Shown: in pieces, positions 12,501 to 24,099 of the stretch
How positions within the stretch are numbered: position 1 is the stretch's first letter
Layout of the letters: each line of letters opens with the position of its first letter
Source of the DNA: Fistulifera solaris
Lineage: Eukaryota
Direction: 5' to 3'
NCBI GenBank assembly: GCA_030295235.1
Contig: AP026125.1
Coordinates: 372,001-436,000 of the forward strand
Length of the DNA: 64,000 bases
Notes under the pieces: generated by a model
The model's database searches: none
What the model was told of the DNA's origin: nothing
What the model saw: only the letters and a program-made list of their open reading frames with translations
Made by a program: the position numbers and the translations under genes

Positions 12501-15500
12501 ATTTTTACTTTCAGTGCACAAGAGTGCGTCCCCCAATAAGGAAGCTTTTCATCGCAATCGTCACAAGTCCACCAAGGGATACGGCACAGGTTCAAGTTAT
12601 TCTCTTCACAACGAGATTCAGCGCTAGCAAATGACATCCTTTCTCCGGCGAAATGAACATATGAGTTGACATTCGCAAAGTCATTGCTTCCATTGCAACA
12701 CGCCACCGACCCAACCTGCGTTCGTGGATCACCGCAAAAGAAATAGTGCCATTGTATTCTCATCATAGCTGGCTCATAGAATGCCTGCTCAACGCATGGT
12801 AATCTTGTGTATTCATAATATACGTTTTCGTCAACCTGAATGACCCTCGGTGACTCAATCGCGCATTCGTTTCCTACACAGCCTATGTTGTTTTGTAAAA
12901 CAACCTTGCCTGGATATTGACAGTTCCCTAGACTATCTTTGGAACAAAGTATTGAGTACAGTTCGGAATTTGTTGTGTCTAGGACAAGCCTCTTCTTTTC
13001 AATATCATCCGCCCAACTTTCCGGATCCCTTAGCAAGCGTGGCTTCGGACGGGATCCCAACAAACGATAGGTAGCGCCTTTCTTTAGAAAGTGCTGGGCC
13101 GGCAAATCTGCGCACAAGGGATAGCCATCTCCCACGTATGTATCGAATAAGCCCATCTGATGAGAGATTAGTTGCTCAATGAAAGCGACGACAGTACTAC
13201 AGCATAAACACTCACCTTTGGAAGACTATCGCGTGCTAGGCTATCGATCATCATAGGGTCAAGCAAATTCCCCTTCCATTTGGACCAATCTTCCGTATTC
13301 CCGCGTTTCGGCTGCTGACGAAAGCCTGTCCACAATCGAGCAAGTTCAGTGACTTCATCGTTGGTGTACGTCGGAACAGGCTTGCCATCAGCATCCTTTG
13401 CCATCTGCCATCTATTTCAAGAGAAAATAGCCCTGTAGACATGATCTGCATCAGCTCGCGAGAAAAGTTCTCATCAGGCCACTGGATATGTCTTTCCGTT
13501 TCAAAGACATAGTTTGTGGATGCGCTATTCAAGTAAGTCAGCATTTCAGCCATGAGAGGGCTGTACGCCACTTCCTTCAAGATATCACGATAATTACCAA
13601 ATGCATGCCTGACGAAGATATCGTAGAAAACCTGCGAAAACAAAAAGTAAGTGAGAGCGTTGTTCGGGCATCAACCAAGTACCACTTCTTTGTCATCTCA
13701 CCAAAAATTTTCTGTCATGTAATAAGCTTCAATGGCTGCTGGGGAAACTGCAAATATTTGGCTCAGAGCCCACGCCACCCTCTGGCGTAATTGATCCTCG
13801 CCAAAGAGAGCTGAGTGCATCCATATCATCGTCCGCTGATGTTCCATATCTTCTTGGAGGGTCGTCCAGCTGTACTGCGTCGCCGCATCAAACGCTCCCT
13901 GGTAAAGACTGCCATGATGCGTCGAGTCATTGGCAATCTCGTAGGGACTACCGCAAACCAAAGTCGACCCCACAGTAGTCGTCGGCAGCAAGTGCCGGAA
14001 AGCATCGGCAGCTGCTGGGTTGTTGGCTACAAGAATCGTATCGCCAAGAGTACCGAGGTCCGCCAGATGCTCCCAGTTGGCATAGAAGCGACGCATTTCA
14101 TGTGATACAGGAAATACAAGAGCGTGCGTTTGCGCCACGGCAAACTGCTGGATTGCACTCTCTCCTCCTGGATGGATTGTGACCCACTTTGTAAAATCAA
14201 AGACTTCAAACTCCCACGGATGGACGTTTTTCCAGCAATAACCATCCACTTGTATTTTGTAATCGAAAGAATTGAGATCAGCTGAATCGCAGCTTGTGCC
14301 TAAAACGGGCATATTGGTATCAATGATGCCTTCGGCATTGCTACTCGCCGCGGCTGCTTTGCGAATGAGATCTTCGAAGATGCCACGCGTCGTGGTACCC
14401 AATGAGTTTGAACAGTCGGCCGTCACAATTTTCTTCCAACGAGAGCGACTTCCTGGAACACACGGAGCATCAATATTACTATCGGACTGCCTTAGCCCCT
14501 GAATGGAATAAACGTATCGCCGGGTCTCTGCCTCGTAAGCACCTAGTGAATTGTTTAAGTTGAGTTCAACCAACAAATCGGAATCGTATTGAACCGAAGA
14601 GCATTCAGATGGCGCTATCCTACAAGTATCCTCATTTAAAAAGGTTGCAGGAGCACTCGAGCATTTCACTCGGTAAACTTCATCTCTTATATTCTGGGTG
14701 GCTTGCACGGCACTGAATGCTTCGTTGGGATTTTCTAAATCGTTGTTTTCGAGAACGAAACGAGGATCATGTAAGAAATATTTCCCGTCGAAGACCCCCA
14801 AAGTGGTTGTTTCCGGATTGCCTGTTACGGCTGGCAATTCCAAACATAATGGATCAGATAGCTTCGTATGAACATACAAGTCTTGTTCGATTTCGGGATG
14901 ATATTGCATGTCAACTCCAATAGCGTTTCCCGCCAAATCAAGCACAAAAATGTCGGACAGATTTTCGAGGGGCATCACTTCCGGGTTGCCCACCGAAACA
15001 CCATCCAACAACAAATCCCCACATTCTCCGTTATGATATAAGCGGAAGAAACCTCCAATGTACCCTTCCACGCGCTCGCAAACGAAATATCTATCGCCCG
15101 GGATAAGAGAACTTAACAAGGAAGCAAAGGATTATCACATTCAAGGCACTTACTTTCCGTCAGGGGAGCCGTAAATGATCCTGTACGGATCCAATATGAA
15201 TAGACTGCGCATTCACAACAGTACGAAACTGATTTTTGACCCAAAACGATTTTTGCGTGCCACTGACTGTGCGAATTTCAACCTCGGCTTGCCAATCCTT
15301 GTCGGTAAAAGCGTATTTTCGGTAACGCGTCCCTGTTTCGCAAGGGTGTGTCACTCGCCCTTGATACGACGTGTGAGGATATCGATGATTTAAAAATTCT
15401 CTGTAGATAGCGCGATGAGAAGTAACTGGTACAGCAACCTGATTCCGTATCCAAGACACGAAATCCGTACCAACAGACCGTATTTCATCGATTTTGGGTC

Positions 15501-15990
15501 CGAATGTTGCTTGTTCTAGAAAGCGCGCCGTCTTATCCACTCGATCACGTGATGCCGGTACGGACACGAGTCTATAGCTTCCTTTCAAGCCGGTTGAAGT
15601 GCAGTATTCACTTTCACAACTAAATCTAGGCGCATTGTTGGCGTCGTAATAGGGTTCCCAGTCATTCCCTTCGTAGCTACGAGCAATGGGTTTTCCATCT
15701 TTCCACAAAATACATAAGCCTGTACTTATTGCAAATTCAGTCGAGTGGTCCACTTGTACCTGCACTGTTAGCCCATCCGAACATGCCACAATGGGATCAG
15801 GCTCTTGTGATGGCATTCCGGATGGCGCTTCGGATGGCGCTTGTGTTGGTGCCTTTGTCTTCACCGTCTTGGGCGGTCTCTGTTTGAAGCGCATACTTCG
15901 AAAGAAGAGACATTGTTCACACGTGCTTTCGTCCGAAGTTGCGATAGACAGAAGGGACAACAGATAACAAATTGACGAGAACTTCATCAT
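9593..15990 (-). CDS. Large secreted DUF1800-DUF1501 fusion protein (~2000 aa), multi-exon with several frameshifts
   Basis: Signal peptide MMKFSSICYLLSLLSIATS. DUF1800 motifs: ARFLEQATFGP, DQLRQRVAWALSQIF, AFGNYRDILKEVAYSPLM, PDENFSRELMQ, DEVTELARLWTGF. DUF1501 motifs: LMMLDGGLDSFN, GWDHHS, SEFGRTL..GSDHGWGG. Introns at 15091-15153, 13632-13701, 13157-13215, 11861-11926 and 11390-11448. Confidence 0.88.
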
Positions 15991-16669
15991 GTACCGGCAC
16001 TTGTCTATCGAAGATTTAAATGCTTGCGTGACAATAAACCGTTCAACATCGAGAGAAAACTTGGTGATGATGAGCTTTTGTTTTGTTTGCGGAAGGAAAA
16101 AATTTCCCGAAGGAGAAAAAGAAAAAGGCCCAATCGGGGATCAAAAGACCAATAGTACTTTCTTTCTCCTTTAGCCTTAAGTCATGCATAAAAATGTTGA
16201 CTATCGTTGCATTGTGTAAAGATAAATCGAAAATGACCAGTAAACGAGAGCGGCCATAAGAGGTTTCACTGCGGACATTTACCCGTTTCGACAAACTCTA
16301 ACACCTAACACCTAACGCTAAGAGCTAATCACTTTGTAAGAAGCAATGAATGAATAGGCGCGCCGTAACCAACACCAAACCTCGAATTGCACTGTGGAGC
16401 GGAGCGCCTGGACTAAGCTTTACCAAGTGTTCTCACGCAATAAGGCTCCAGCGAGAGGACGACTCTAACTATTAGGGAGATTGAGAGCGATTGCGTTCAA
16501 TTTGTCAACAATATCCTGAGCTCGAAAGCTTTTTCAAGACCTTTTGAAAATCCTCGTTTTTGTCTTTCAGAAGATTACTGAGTTCGGAAGTCTTTACAAC
16601 CTTCTTGAAATATTAGTTGAGGCTTCGGCGTTTCAGTCGTTATCGATGTCGCTTTGTCTAAAACGACAT

Positions 16670-18120
16670 CTAAAGTCTTGGTTTTTGCAAGGCTGCTGAT
16701 TCTTCCTCTTCTTCATAACTAAGAAGAACCTCAGGCATGATGGAAGAATGATGGTGGGAAATCTTCCAGTCACCATCTTCGTAACTGTAGACGAACGAAT
16801 ACCTGGCACGAATCTTCGTCTCACCGCCATCGAGAGTAAAGCTGTAGACGCCAAAATCCAAAGCCCAATTGGTTCCAAGGAATATATCGCCGCTTTCGAT
16901 CGCACATTCGGGACCCCGTTTCAGAAACATCTCAAAATAATCGCGAATGAGATGATTGGTAGTACGGGGAGCGTCCGATAGAGTCGGCAGATAAACGGCG
17001 TTTCTGGCATAGCGAGAAGCAACTATGCTCGCATCTCCCGTCGCCAACGCATCATTCCATTCCTGAAACCAGCTTCGAACTTGCTGCTGAGTAATAGGCT
17101 GTGCTACAGCAATACCTTCCGGCATCACGGAAGCATGATGGTGAGCAATTCTCCACTGGCCTTCTTCGAATGTGTAAAGAAATGAAAAACGGCAGCGGAT
17201 CTTTTCTCTCTTATCCTGCATGGCAATTTCGTACATTCCAATATGTTTGGCCCAATTTGAGCTGATTTGAACAAAGGAATCTTGAAGTTTTGCTACAGGA
17301 CCTCGTTTCAGAAATGTTCTGTAGTAGTCCTGAACGGCGTCTCGAGAGTTGCGTGGTGTATCCGAGTCCATGGGAAACACGACCGCGTTGCGAGTGTACA
17401 AATCCGCCACGACTTTGGGGTCCAGACTCACGAGCGCCCTTTGCCATACCTGAAACAAATCACGCACCTGGCTTTCGGCGATGGGCTGATTGAAGCGAAC
17501 CGATTCGGGACGGACGGAAGAATGCTGATGTTGAATTTTCCACTGACCATTTTCTTGTGCGTAAAGAAAGGAATATCGAGCTTCGAGCATCGTTCCCTCC
17601 TCTGCCAAAGTTAATTCATAGATACCCCTATATTGGAGAAAGCGAGCGAAGGAATTTGATGAGCGAGGAAATCTCGAAAATCTTTGCCGAGCTCTCAAAA
17701 ATAAACAACTTACGAATCTTGTGCCCAGCCTTTTCCTATTCTTAATTGACTTTTGATTTGAAATACTTGCGGTCGTTTGCGTAAAAAAGTGTCATAATAC
17801 GCTCGGATACTATCCCGGTCCATCCGAGGAATATCCGAATCGACGGGGAACAAAACGGCATCTTCGGCGTAGCGAGCGGTAACGATCCGCGCATCTCCGG
17901 TCGCCAACGCATCGTTCCATAACAGAAACAGAGCTCGAATTTCCGCCTGTGCTGCTGCATCTCCATCGTATTTCCGGGGACGCTGGAAGAGATTCAAGGC
18001 TGTAGTGGAGGGGGCGGTTCGTACGGAAGGATGAAACGCGGCGGTCGGAAACACCCGTCTCGCGAGAAAGAGGATGTGCAGAAAACAGTAGCTATACGAA
18101 TAGTAAAATCGATGATTCAT
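16670..18120 (-). CDS. Iota-class carbonic anhydrase (LCIP63/COG4875, CaMKII-association/SnoaL-like fold), three tandem domains, probable plastid presequence; intron 17628-17713
   Basis: Three repeats of F..W..AL...D...V...Y...AV..P..SD.PR....I..Y...FL.R.P ... RYSF.Y....G.W.I.H.H.S. Presequence ends ..PTAA-FHPS..TTALN. Splicing restores WAQDSGIYEL. Confidence 0.88.
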
Positions 18121-18934
18121 CTCCCTTTCTTTGTGTCATGATCACGTCCGAGAGGTAAAAGCTCGAAAATAGAGAATTTAAGTGATAAAGAATGTTATTG
18201 TAACAAGAAGATCTAATTCGCTTGCGTTGAATATTTCAATGCGTTTATTTTTCTCGCAGTCGCATCCCCGAACGACGAACGACAGTCCCGCGTTTTAAAC
18301 ACGAACGTGAGCCCCCCCCCCCCCTCTTGAACCAAGTTTTCGACAACCAACAGTACCGACTCCACCTCCGAATGAAATCAAAGTCTTGATGTTTTGCAGT
18401 ATATAATTTACATGGTCTAAATTGGGCCCTCTATCTAAAGGTAGAGGATACCATGAAAAGACATAGTGCCCAAGTTATATGTCTCAGACAGAAATCCTGT
18501 GTCAAATAAACATTAACAACACCGATTAGCCGATGAAATCATACAACTTATTTCTATTTAATCTTCTGTACAATTTGGGCCTAACATAGTGAATCTTTGG
18601 GGCAGTGCATGCACTGCATGATGAAATAATGCTGCATATGATTAATGATGCCGTAATATACCCGTGACTGAGAACGAGTTGAGTCGGAGCAAAAGGTCGT
18701 CTACACTTTACCTTACTGTGGCTCATTGATCGTTACCGATACGACACGTTGCTGACTCACTTTTACTATAATCTTACGCACACTTTTCTGCACGTCACTG
18801 TGTCATTCTCACAAAACACACTCTCTATTTCTTGCCTATTATTTCTCTTGTTATCATCGTTACTCATTATTCACATAACAGATGCCATAAATCCTTCTAC
18901 TGGCTTGTTTGTCAAGAACTGGTAAAGAATCATC

Positions 18935-19878
18935 ATGCATCGGCAGTCCGCAGTTTTCATTCTCCTTGGATTTGCTCTCGCATCGGCTAGTAGCTTCATC
19001 ATTCCGTCGACAATCCAACACCGTACAAGAAGTCACCTTGTTCTGTTTGAACAACCAACACCTCCGTCCGAACAACGAAGAAAATTCATCTCCTCGGTGC
19101 TCATTGCCGCGACATCATCATTGCCGATACCATCCACGGCTTACGACAAAACATACCCCATCGAGTTGCAAGCCGTCGATCCGGGCATTCGCCGCCAACA
19201 ACAAAAAGTCAATCTCATCAAAGAGCAACAAGAAAAGGAACAAAGAGCCGCCATGCGTGTCAAACCTGTCAGTGCGGCCCTTTGGGCCAGTGCCTTGTGG
19301 TTCTTGTCGGGTTCTCGTTCCAATCCGGTCCTCACACCGTTGGCCAACATCTTTTACGATCCCAACAAAGAAGCGTGGTTGCGCGATCGCAACGACGGGC
19401 TCTTCGCGAATGTTCCGAATATTCTCTATGTTGCCATGGTGATTGTGTTCTTTGCGGCGGGAGCGGTCACGGACTCGTTGGCGCAACTGGCAGCGGGGCC
19501 GGCGGTCTCGTTGCCCTTGGCGGGGGTGTGTTTGGTAACCGGGGCGGCCTGGGAGCTGGGACGTGTCGCCAGTGGAGACAAGCGCGTGACACGGGACGAA
19601 ATGGAAACGGCCGAGCGGTTGGAGCAGGAATTTTCGGAATTTGTGCAAGCGCGGTTGCTTCCGGGGGCAACTGCCATCGACAAGAAATTGTCAAAGCATT
19701 TCGGCGGTACTATGCCAAATATCGTAGTGAAGAAGGTCTTAGCGATTTAGAAATTGAACGATTAATACGAAGTTGGAGTCAGACACAACAAGGGAATGTT
19801 AAGATGAGTTCATCAGGATTCTATTCCGGGGTACGGATCAATACGGATGCTGATGTCTTTGTGGAGCGTCGAAGATGA
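18935..19878 (+). CDS. Hypothetical plastid/thylakoid membrane protein (frameshift at a G-run near 19665)
   Basis: Signal peptide with ASS-F cleavage motif, then twin-Arg segment QRRKFISSVLIAA..STA-Y, then 2-3 hydrophobic helices. The C-terminus continues in the frame of ORF 19282-19878 (GGNCHRQEIVKAFRRYY). Confidence 0.72.
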
Positions 19879-19934
19879 TTATAAATATGTGATACACGTC
19901 ATAGAACTAATCTGAAGCTAACAATAATCTCATA

Positions 19935-20471
19935 CTACTCTAGTCTACTCTTGTTTAGTTTGTACAAATACAGAGGCCAAGCAGCTCCCGGTTGATGCGG
20001 AACCGCTATCATCTCGTGACGCAGTGGAGTTTCGTCCGTCGACAACGGAGCCATGTACGTTACCACGTACTGATTCGTCAACAATGGATACATGAGCCGT
20101 AAACCTCGCGGTATGAGATACAAAAACAAAATGTGAGCGTCGGCAAACAGTGAGACGTGTTCGAGTGCATTCAGGCATAAAAAGGTGATCGAAAGGGCCG
20201 GATCAATCGATCCTTCTTGCTGTGCGCGTTCCAATTCTCGTTGTGCTTGCTGTATCCGTTCACTGTCAATGTCAATTCCCCAAAAAGTTGGAGGCTTTTG
20301 GGACGATTTTTCCGCTGTATAAGCCCGGGCCCAGGAAAGGAGGACACGTCCGTCGCCGCAACCAACATCACATAGTTTGCTGTCTTCCTCCAACAAGGGC
20401 CGTATCCATGTCCACGCAGTAGAAATGATCGTATCAGGAGTACTCCACAGCGTTTTTCGAGGAGCCAGCAT
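19935..20471 (-). CDS. Class I SAM-dependent methyltransferase (FAM173/ANTKMT-like small protein MTase)
   Basis: Motif I DVGCGDGRVL, GIDIDSER and ILFLYLIPRGL. Confidence 0.8.
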   Translation of the reverse strand: MLAPRKTLWSTPDTIISTAWTWIRPLLEEDSKLCDVGCGDGRVLLSWARAYTAEKSSQKPPTFWGIDIDSERIQQAQRELERAQQEGSIDPALSITFLCLNALEHVSLFADAHILFLYLIPRGLRLMYPLLTNQYVVTYMAPLSTDETPLRHEMIAVPHQPGAAWPLYLYKLNKSRLE

Positions 20472-20754
20472 TATTATTTATTTTTGTAATTGATGAAAGA
20501 GGGTTTATGGCGTTCGAATTTTGCAAATGAAAAAAGTGCGCGAAAAATTGAGGCGAACTCGTGTCGCAGCGGTTCGCTTATTTGCATTTCGTGCGACTGA
20601 CGTCACGGGTTGGAGGTTGGAGGGACAAACGAGAAAAAACGACGCGCTCACTTTTTTTTCTCGAAGACGCGAAACGCTTCATGTTTATTTTGACTTCTTG
20701 CACCTTCTTCGTGTAGACCCAACTGTTCGCCTATTCATAGACATTTTGAATACA

Positions 20755-21807
20755 ATGATGGGGAAATTTATACGCTCATTATTGCTACTTCTTTGGTATC
20801 GACTTGCCGCGAACAGTCTCTCGGTGCCGGAAGGCAGGACGACTTCTCATCGCAGAGCCTTTTTATTGCAATCGACGGTAGCGTTGCTAACACCTTCCGC
20901 TGGAGTAGCGGCCATGACCGATGAAACCAACACCTTTGCAAATACATGGTGGTCTCAAGAGGCTACGAAAGTGATAGCACCAACCGCGGATGCATCGGAT
21001 GAAATCACGATTCGAGTTCCGAAAGAGCAAATTCGTCAGCGACGGATCGGCCTGGAACTCGCCGATCTAGACTTTAAGACGAACTTGCGCGTGTACGTCA
21101 AATCAATTCAAATGGGATCACTCGCGAGTGAAGTAGGAATTCAACAAAATTGGGTGGTAATTGGTTTGAATGGGCAATCGACCGAACGAACGAACGCCGA
21201 AGGCGTCGCGATGATGCTTTCCCAAGCACTGAACGACAAAGGTGATTATGTGGAACTGCGCTTTCGTGACCCTGCAGTCTTTCGAAATAAATTACAAAAT
21301 CTGAGTCCGGACGAGTCGGTCACCACCCAAGTAGCCCCAGCGGGAGATACCACACAACGGAATCAAGATGGCAGCGTCCAGAAAGGACGGAAAGTGACAT
21401 CACAAGACGACCAAAAAGTAACCGTTTCACAATTGATTCCGCCGAAGATGTGTACTCGGGGTGCTCAAGTTGACGACTTATTGGAGATATCGTATATTGG
21501 GACGGTAGTCGAGACGGGAGCGATCTTTGACGGATCGGCCGTGAAAATAAATGGACAGGGTATTCCAGGCAGAGGAGATGATGTTTCATTGTTCTTTGTT
21601 CTCGGAAAACAACCATTTGGGCAATTTCCTCCGGGATGGGATGTTGGCTTGGTTGGATGTTGTGTTGGTGAGAGGCGTCGGCTCCTAATTCCACCCGCGC
21701 TGGCCTACGGATCCACGGGTCTCCCTCGGAGAGGGATTCCACCGGATGCCACATTGCAATACGATGTAACTCTTGTTTCACTCAACGGACTATCAACTCC
21801 ACAATAA
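20755..21807 (+). CDS. FKBP-type peptidyl-prolyl isomerase with N-terminal PDZ-like domain, probably thylakoid lumenal
   Basis: FKBP core (LEISYIGTV..IFDGS..FVLG...GWDVGLVGCCVGERRRLLIPPALAYG..IPPDATLQYDVTL). PDZ-like segment IGLEL..VYVKSIQMGSLASEVGIQQNWVVIGLNG. Signal peptide plus RR-hydrophobic-AxA motif. Confidence 0.85.
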   Translation: MMGKFIRSLLLLLWYRLAANSLSVPEGRTTSHRRAFLLQSTVALLTPSAGVAAMTDETNTFANTWWSQEATKVIAPTADASDEITIRVPKEQIRQRRIGLELADLDFKTNLRVYVKSIQMGSLASEVGIQQNWVVIGLNGQSTERTNAEGVAMMLSQALNDKGDYVELRFRDPAVFRNKLQNLSPDESVTTQVAPAGDTTQRNQDGSVQKGRKVTSQDDQKVTVSQLIPPKMCTRGAQVDDLLEISYIGTVVETGAIFDGSAVKINGQGIPGRGDDVSLFFVLGKQPFGQFPPGWDVGLVGCCVGERRRLLIPPALAYGSTGLPRRGIPPDATLQYDVTLVSLNGLSTPQ

Positions 21808-22055
21808 TATGGAATGCTAAAGACTAACATTTTAGACTGCTTCTTATAAACATTTTTATGTTATGGATAATGTATAAGGTTACGGACTAAGCAGAGACGT
21901 GGTGAAATTGTCAAGCTCATCTTACGAGCTCGCGAGTATATTCTTGTATCCACGCTCCCCAAGAGTCTTCATCATTGCTTTGTATCAAAGCAGTTGTCTC
22001 CTCAATAAATTGATCTCCACATGAGTCAAGGGTCAATCGAGACTCTGGTTGCAGG

Positions 22056-23332
22056 TCAGCGCTTGCTTCGTCCAAAACTAGCTTCGGGGGGTTCATACGT
22101 GTCTCTTTGTTGTTCCATTTCTAGTTCAGCAAATCTATGCTGCAGGACCTTTTCCGCGGCAGCGAAACATGCTTCTGCAAAGCTTTCCATCGTGAATGGG
22201 CGTTTTGTCTTGGGATCAATCGTCGACGGGGTCATCGGAGTCCACGGATTGCCGTCCGCATGCAAGTAAGCTCCGCGCATGGAGTTGTTAAAGTCCGGAT
22301 CGAGTGCAGCGCGCAGAGCGGATCGTGCTCCCTGGCTCGGGCTGAATTGCGATACGAGCTTCTTTAGATGATACACTGGACCCAATCCAGGCATACCACC
22401 ATTATTCCCCGTCGCAATAGAACCCGAATGATAGCTGATGAAATTGAGTTCGGGATATAGCTTGGCCCAATGCATCACATCTGCTACGACCGCCATTTTT
22501 GAGCGACCAACTTGCGTGCCAACTTTGGCTACGGCCGCAAGTTTTTCGGCAGTCGAAAATTTCGCGCCTCCGGCTCCGCCTCGCTGATCCGCTCGTCGTT
22601 GAGTGGTACAATGTAGCCAGCCGGTGCACCTCCTTCTTTGGGAAACGACAAAAGTCGTTCCGGAACAAAATTGTGACCCAGACAGTGTCCAATCGAAGAT
22701 GTACATACCACACGGGGCTTGTACGATGGCGTCGCCGCGTGCCGCAAAAGTGGGATCCATTGTTTGGTCAGGTTGTGTGTTGTCAAAAAGTTACAGCCAG
22801 TATTATATTCAAAACTATCGGCAGTCAGTTTCGCTTCGGCGGAACCGACGCTCGCATGATGCACGCACACGTGCAGCTTCCCATCGTATTTGGAGTGCGC
22901 GAGTTTCTCACACTGTTGTGCAGCTGTTTGAGCCGAGTCGAGTGATGCAATGTGGAAACGCTGAATATAAAGTTTCGGTCGCTGCACTCCACGCCTCGAC
23001 GCTTCCTCGCGAACGGCCTGTACGACCGAGCGGAGACCTTTTTCACTTTTCCCCAAAAGGAGTACGTGCATTTCGGCCTGAACCGCGAGTTCGAGAGCAA
23101 TGTGATGTCCGACCTGACCCCGTACGACACCCGTCACCACTGCTAATTTACCCTTGACAGCTTCCTTGGCTTGTGGAGCTTCGCGAAAAAGGGTGTATAC
23201 GTAGTTTTCTGCCGAAGTCGCCAGGAGACTGTTCTGTGAACCTCCATAGAAAGCTGACTGTTTCAGTTTCTCGTATTCTCGGTTGCAGTCTTCCGGACGC
23301 TTCACTTCTGTCACATTTCCAGCGTACGGCAT
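22056..23332 (-). CDS. Short-chain dehydrogenase/reductase, retinol-DH/WWOX-like (frameshift near 22565)
   Basis: LAVVTGVVRGQVG, ASLDSA, HHASVG, FEYNTGCNFL, RVVCTSSIGH, xGRSK, SYHSGSIAT and SPSQGARSAL. Confidence 0.8.
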
Positions 23333-24099
23333 CCTTAAAACGAGGGTGTTTCCTTTATTTAGAGCGTTTTCTTGGTTGTTGGAAAAGGAGACGACGAAAT
23401 ATCTACTTCAAAAGGCAGAATAAATCATCTTGAAACAACCAATTGCATCTTGCGACGGAAAATGGTCACTTGTCTCTTGCTGTTGTGGAGGAAGACGGGA
23501 AACGCGAACCGCGGGAAATGCCGTGTCCCGTCCGGTTTCTCGTCAGTCTACATTGTTCTATCTCGAATTTCCCACGTAGTATTTGAGATGCTCAGAAGCT
23601 CACAGTTGCTGTAAATTCACACTGCAACAAATAGTAGCCGATCAACGGAAAATCCCAGACTACCTTTTATTTTATAGTAAGTGGACATTACCCGAAACAA
23701 AGCAAATTTTCTACGTGACAACTGACACGTGACACGTGACACTGTCACTTTGCACTTTGCACATAAGTCAGCTGTACATTTTGTCCTATTAATCTTTTCT
23801 GTGCTAGAGACTTATTATTGCCCTTTTCTTCTCTCTTATAAGTCATTGAGGCTTAAGAAAAGATTTTTTCTGTAGTAAACAGTAAACAGAAAACGGCGTT
23901 CTTCGTTTGATAAGGACGCACAGAACCAGAATTTCGAAAGCACAGTACTTTTACGACTATAGTATTGATTGATTTTTGACGTTTCCGTTTTCCGTTTCGT
24001 TCGATGTTCGATCGGCGTGCCGCGCGACGCCTAAGCTATTTTTTCCGACATCCGATCTCGCCGAGAAAATTTGGCAAGGTGACATTGATGATGAAGCTG

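Noticed and set aside
16297..16322. CTAACAC repeats resembling telomeric CCCTAA
   Set aside because: Only about three imperfect 7-mer copies that do not match the telomere unit; a simple microsatellite.
18312..18324. Poly-C run upstream of the iota-CA gene
   Set aside because: An isolated homopolymer whose length is unreliable in this assembly; no supporting structure.
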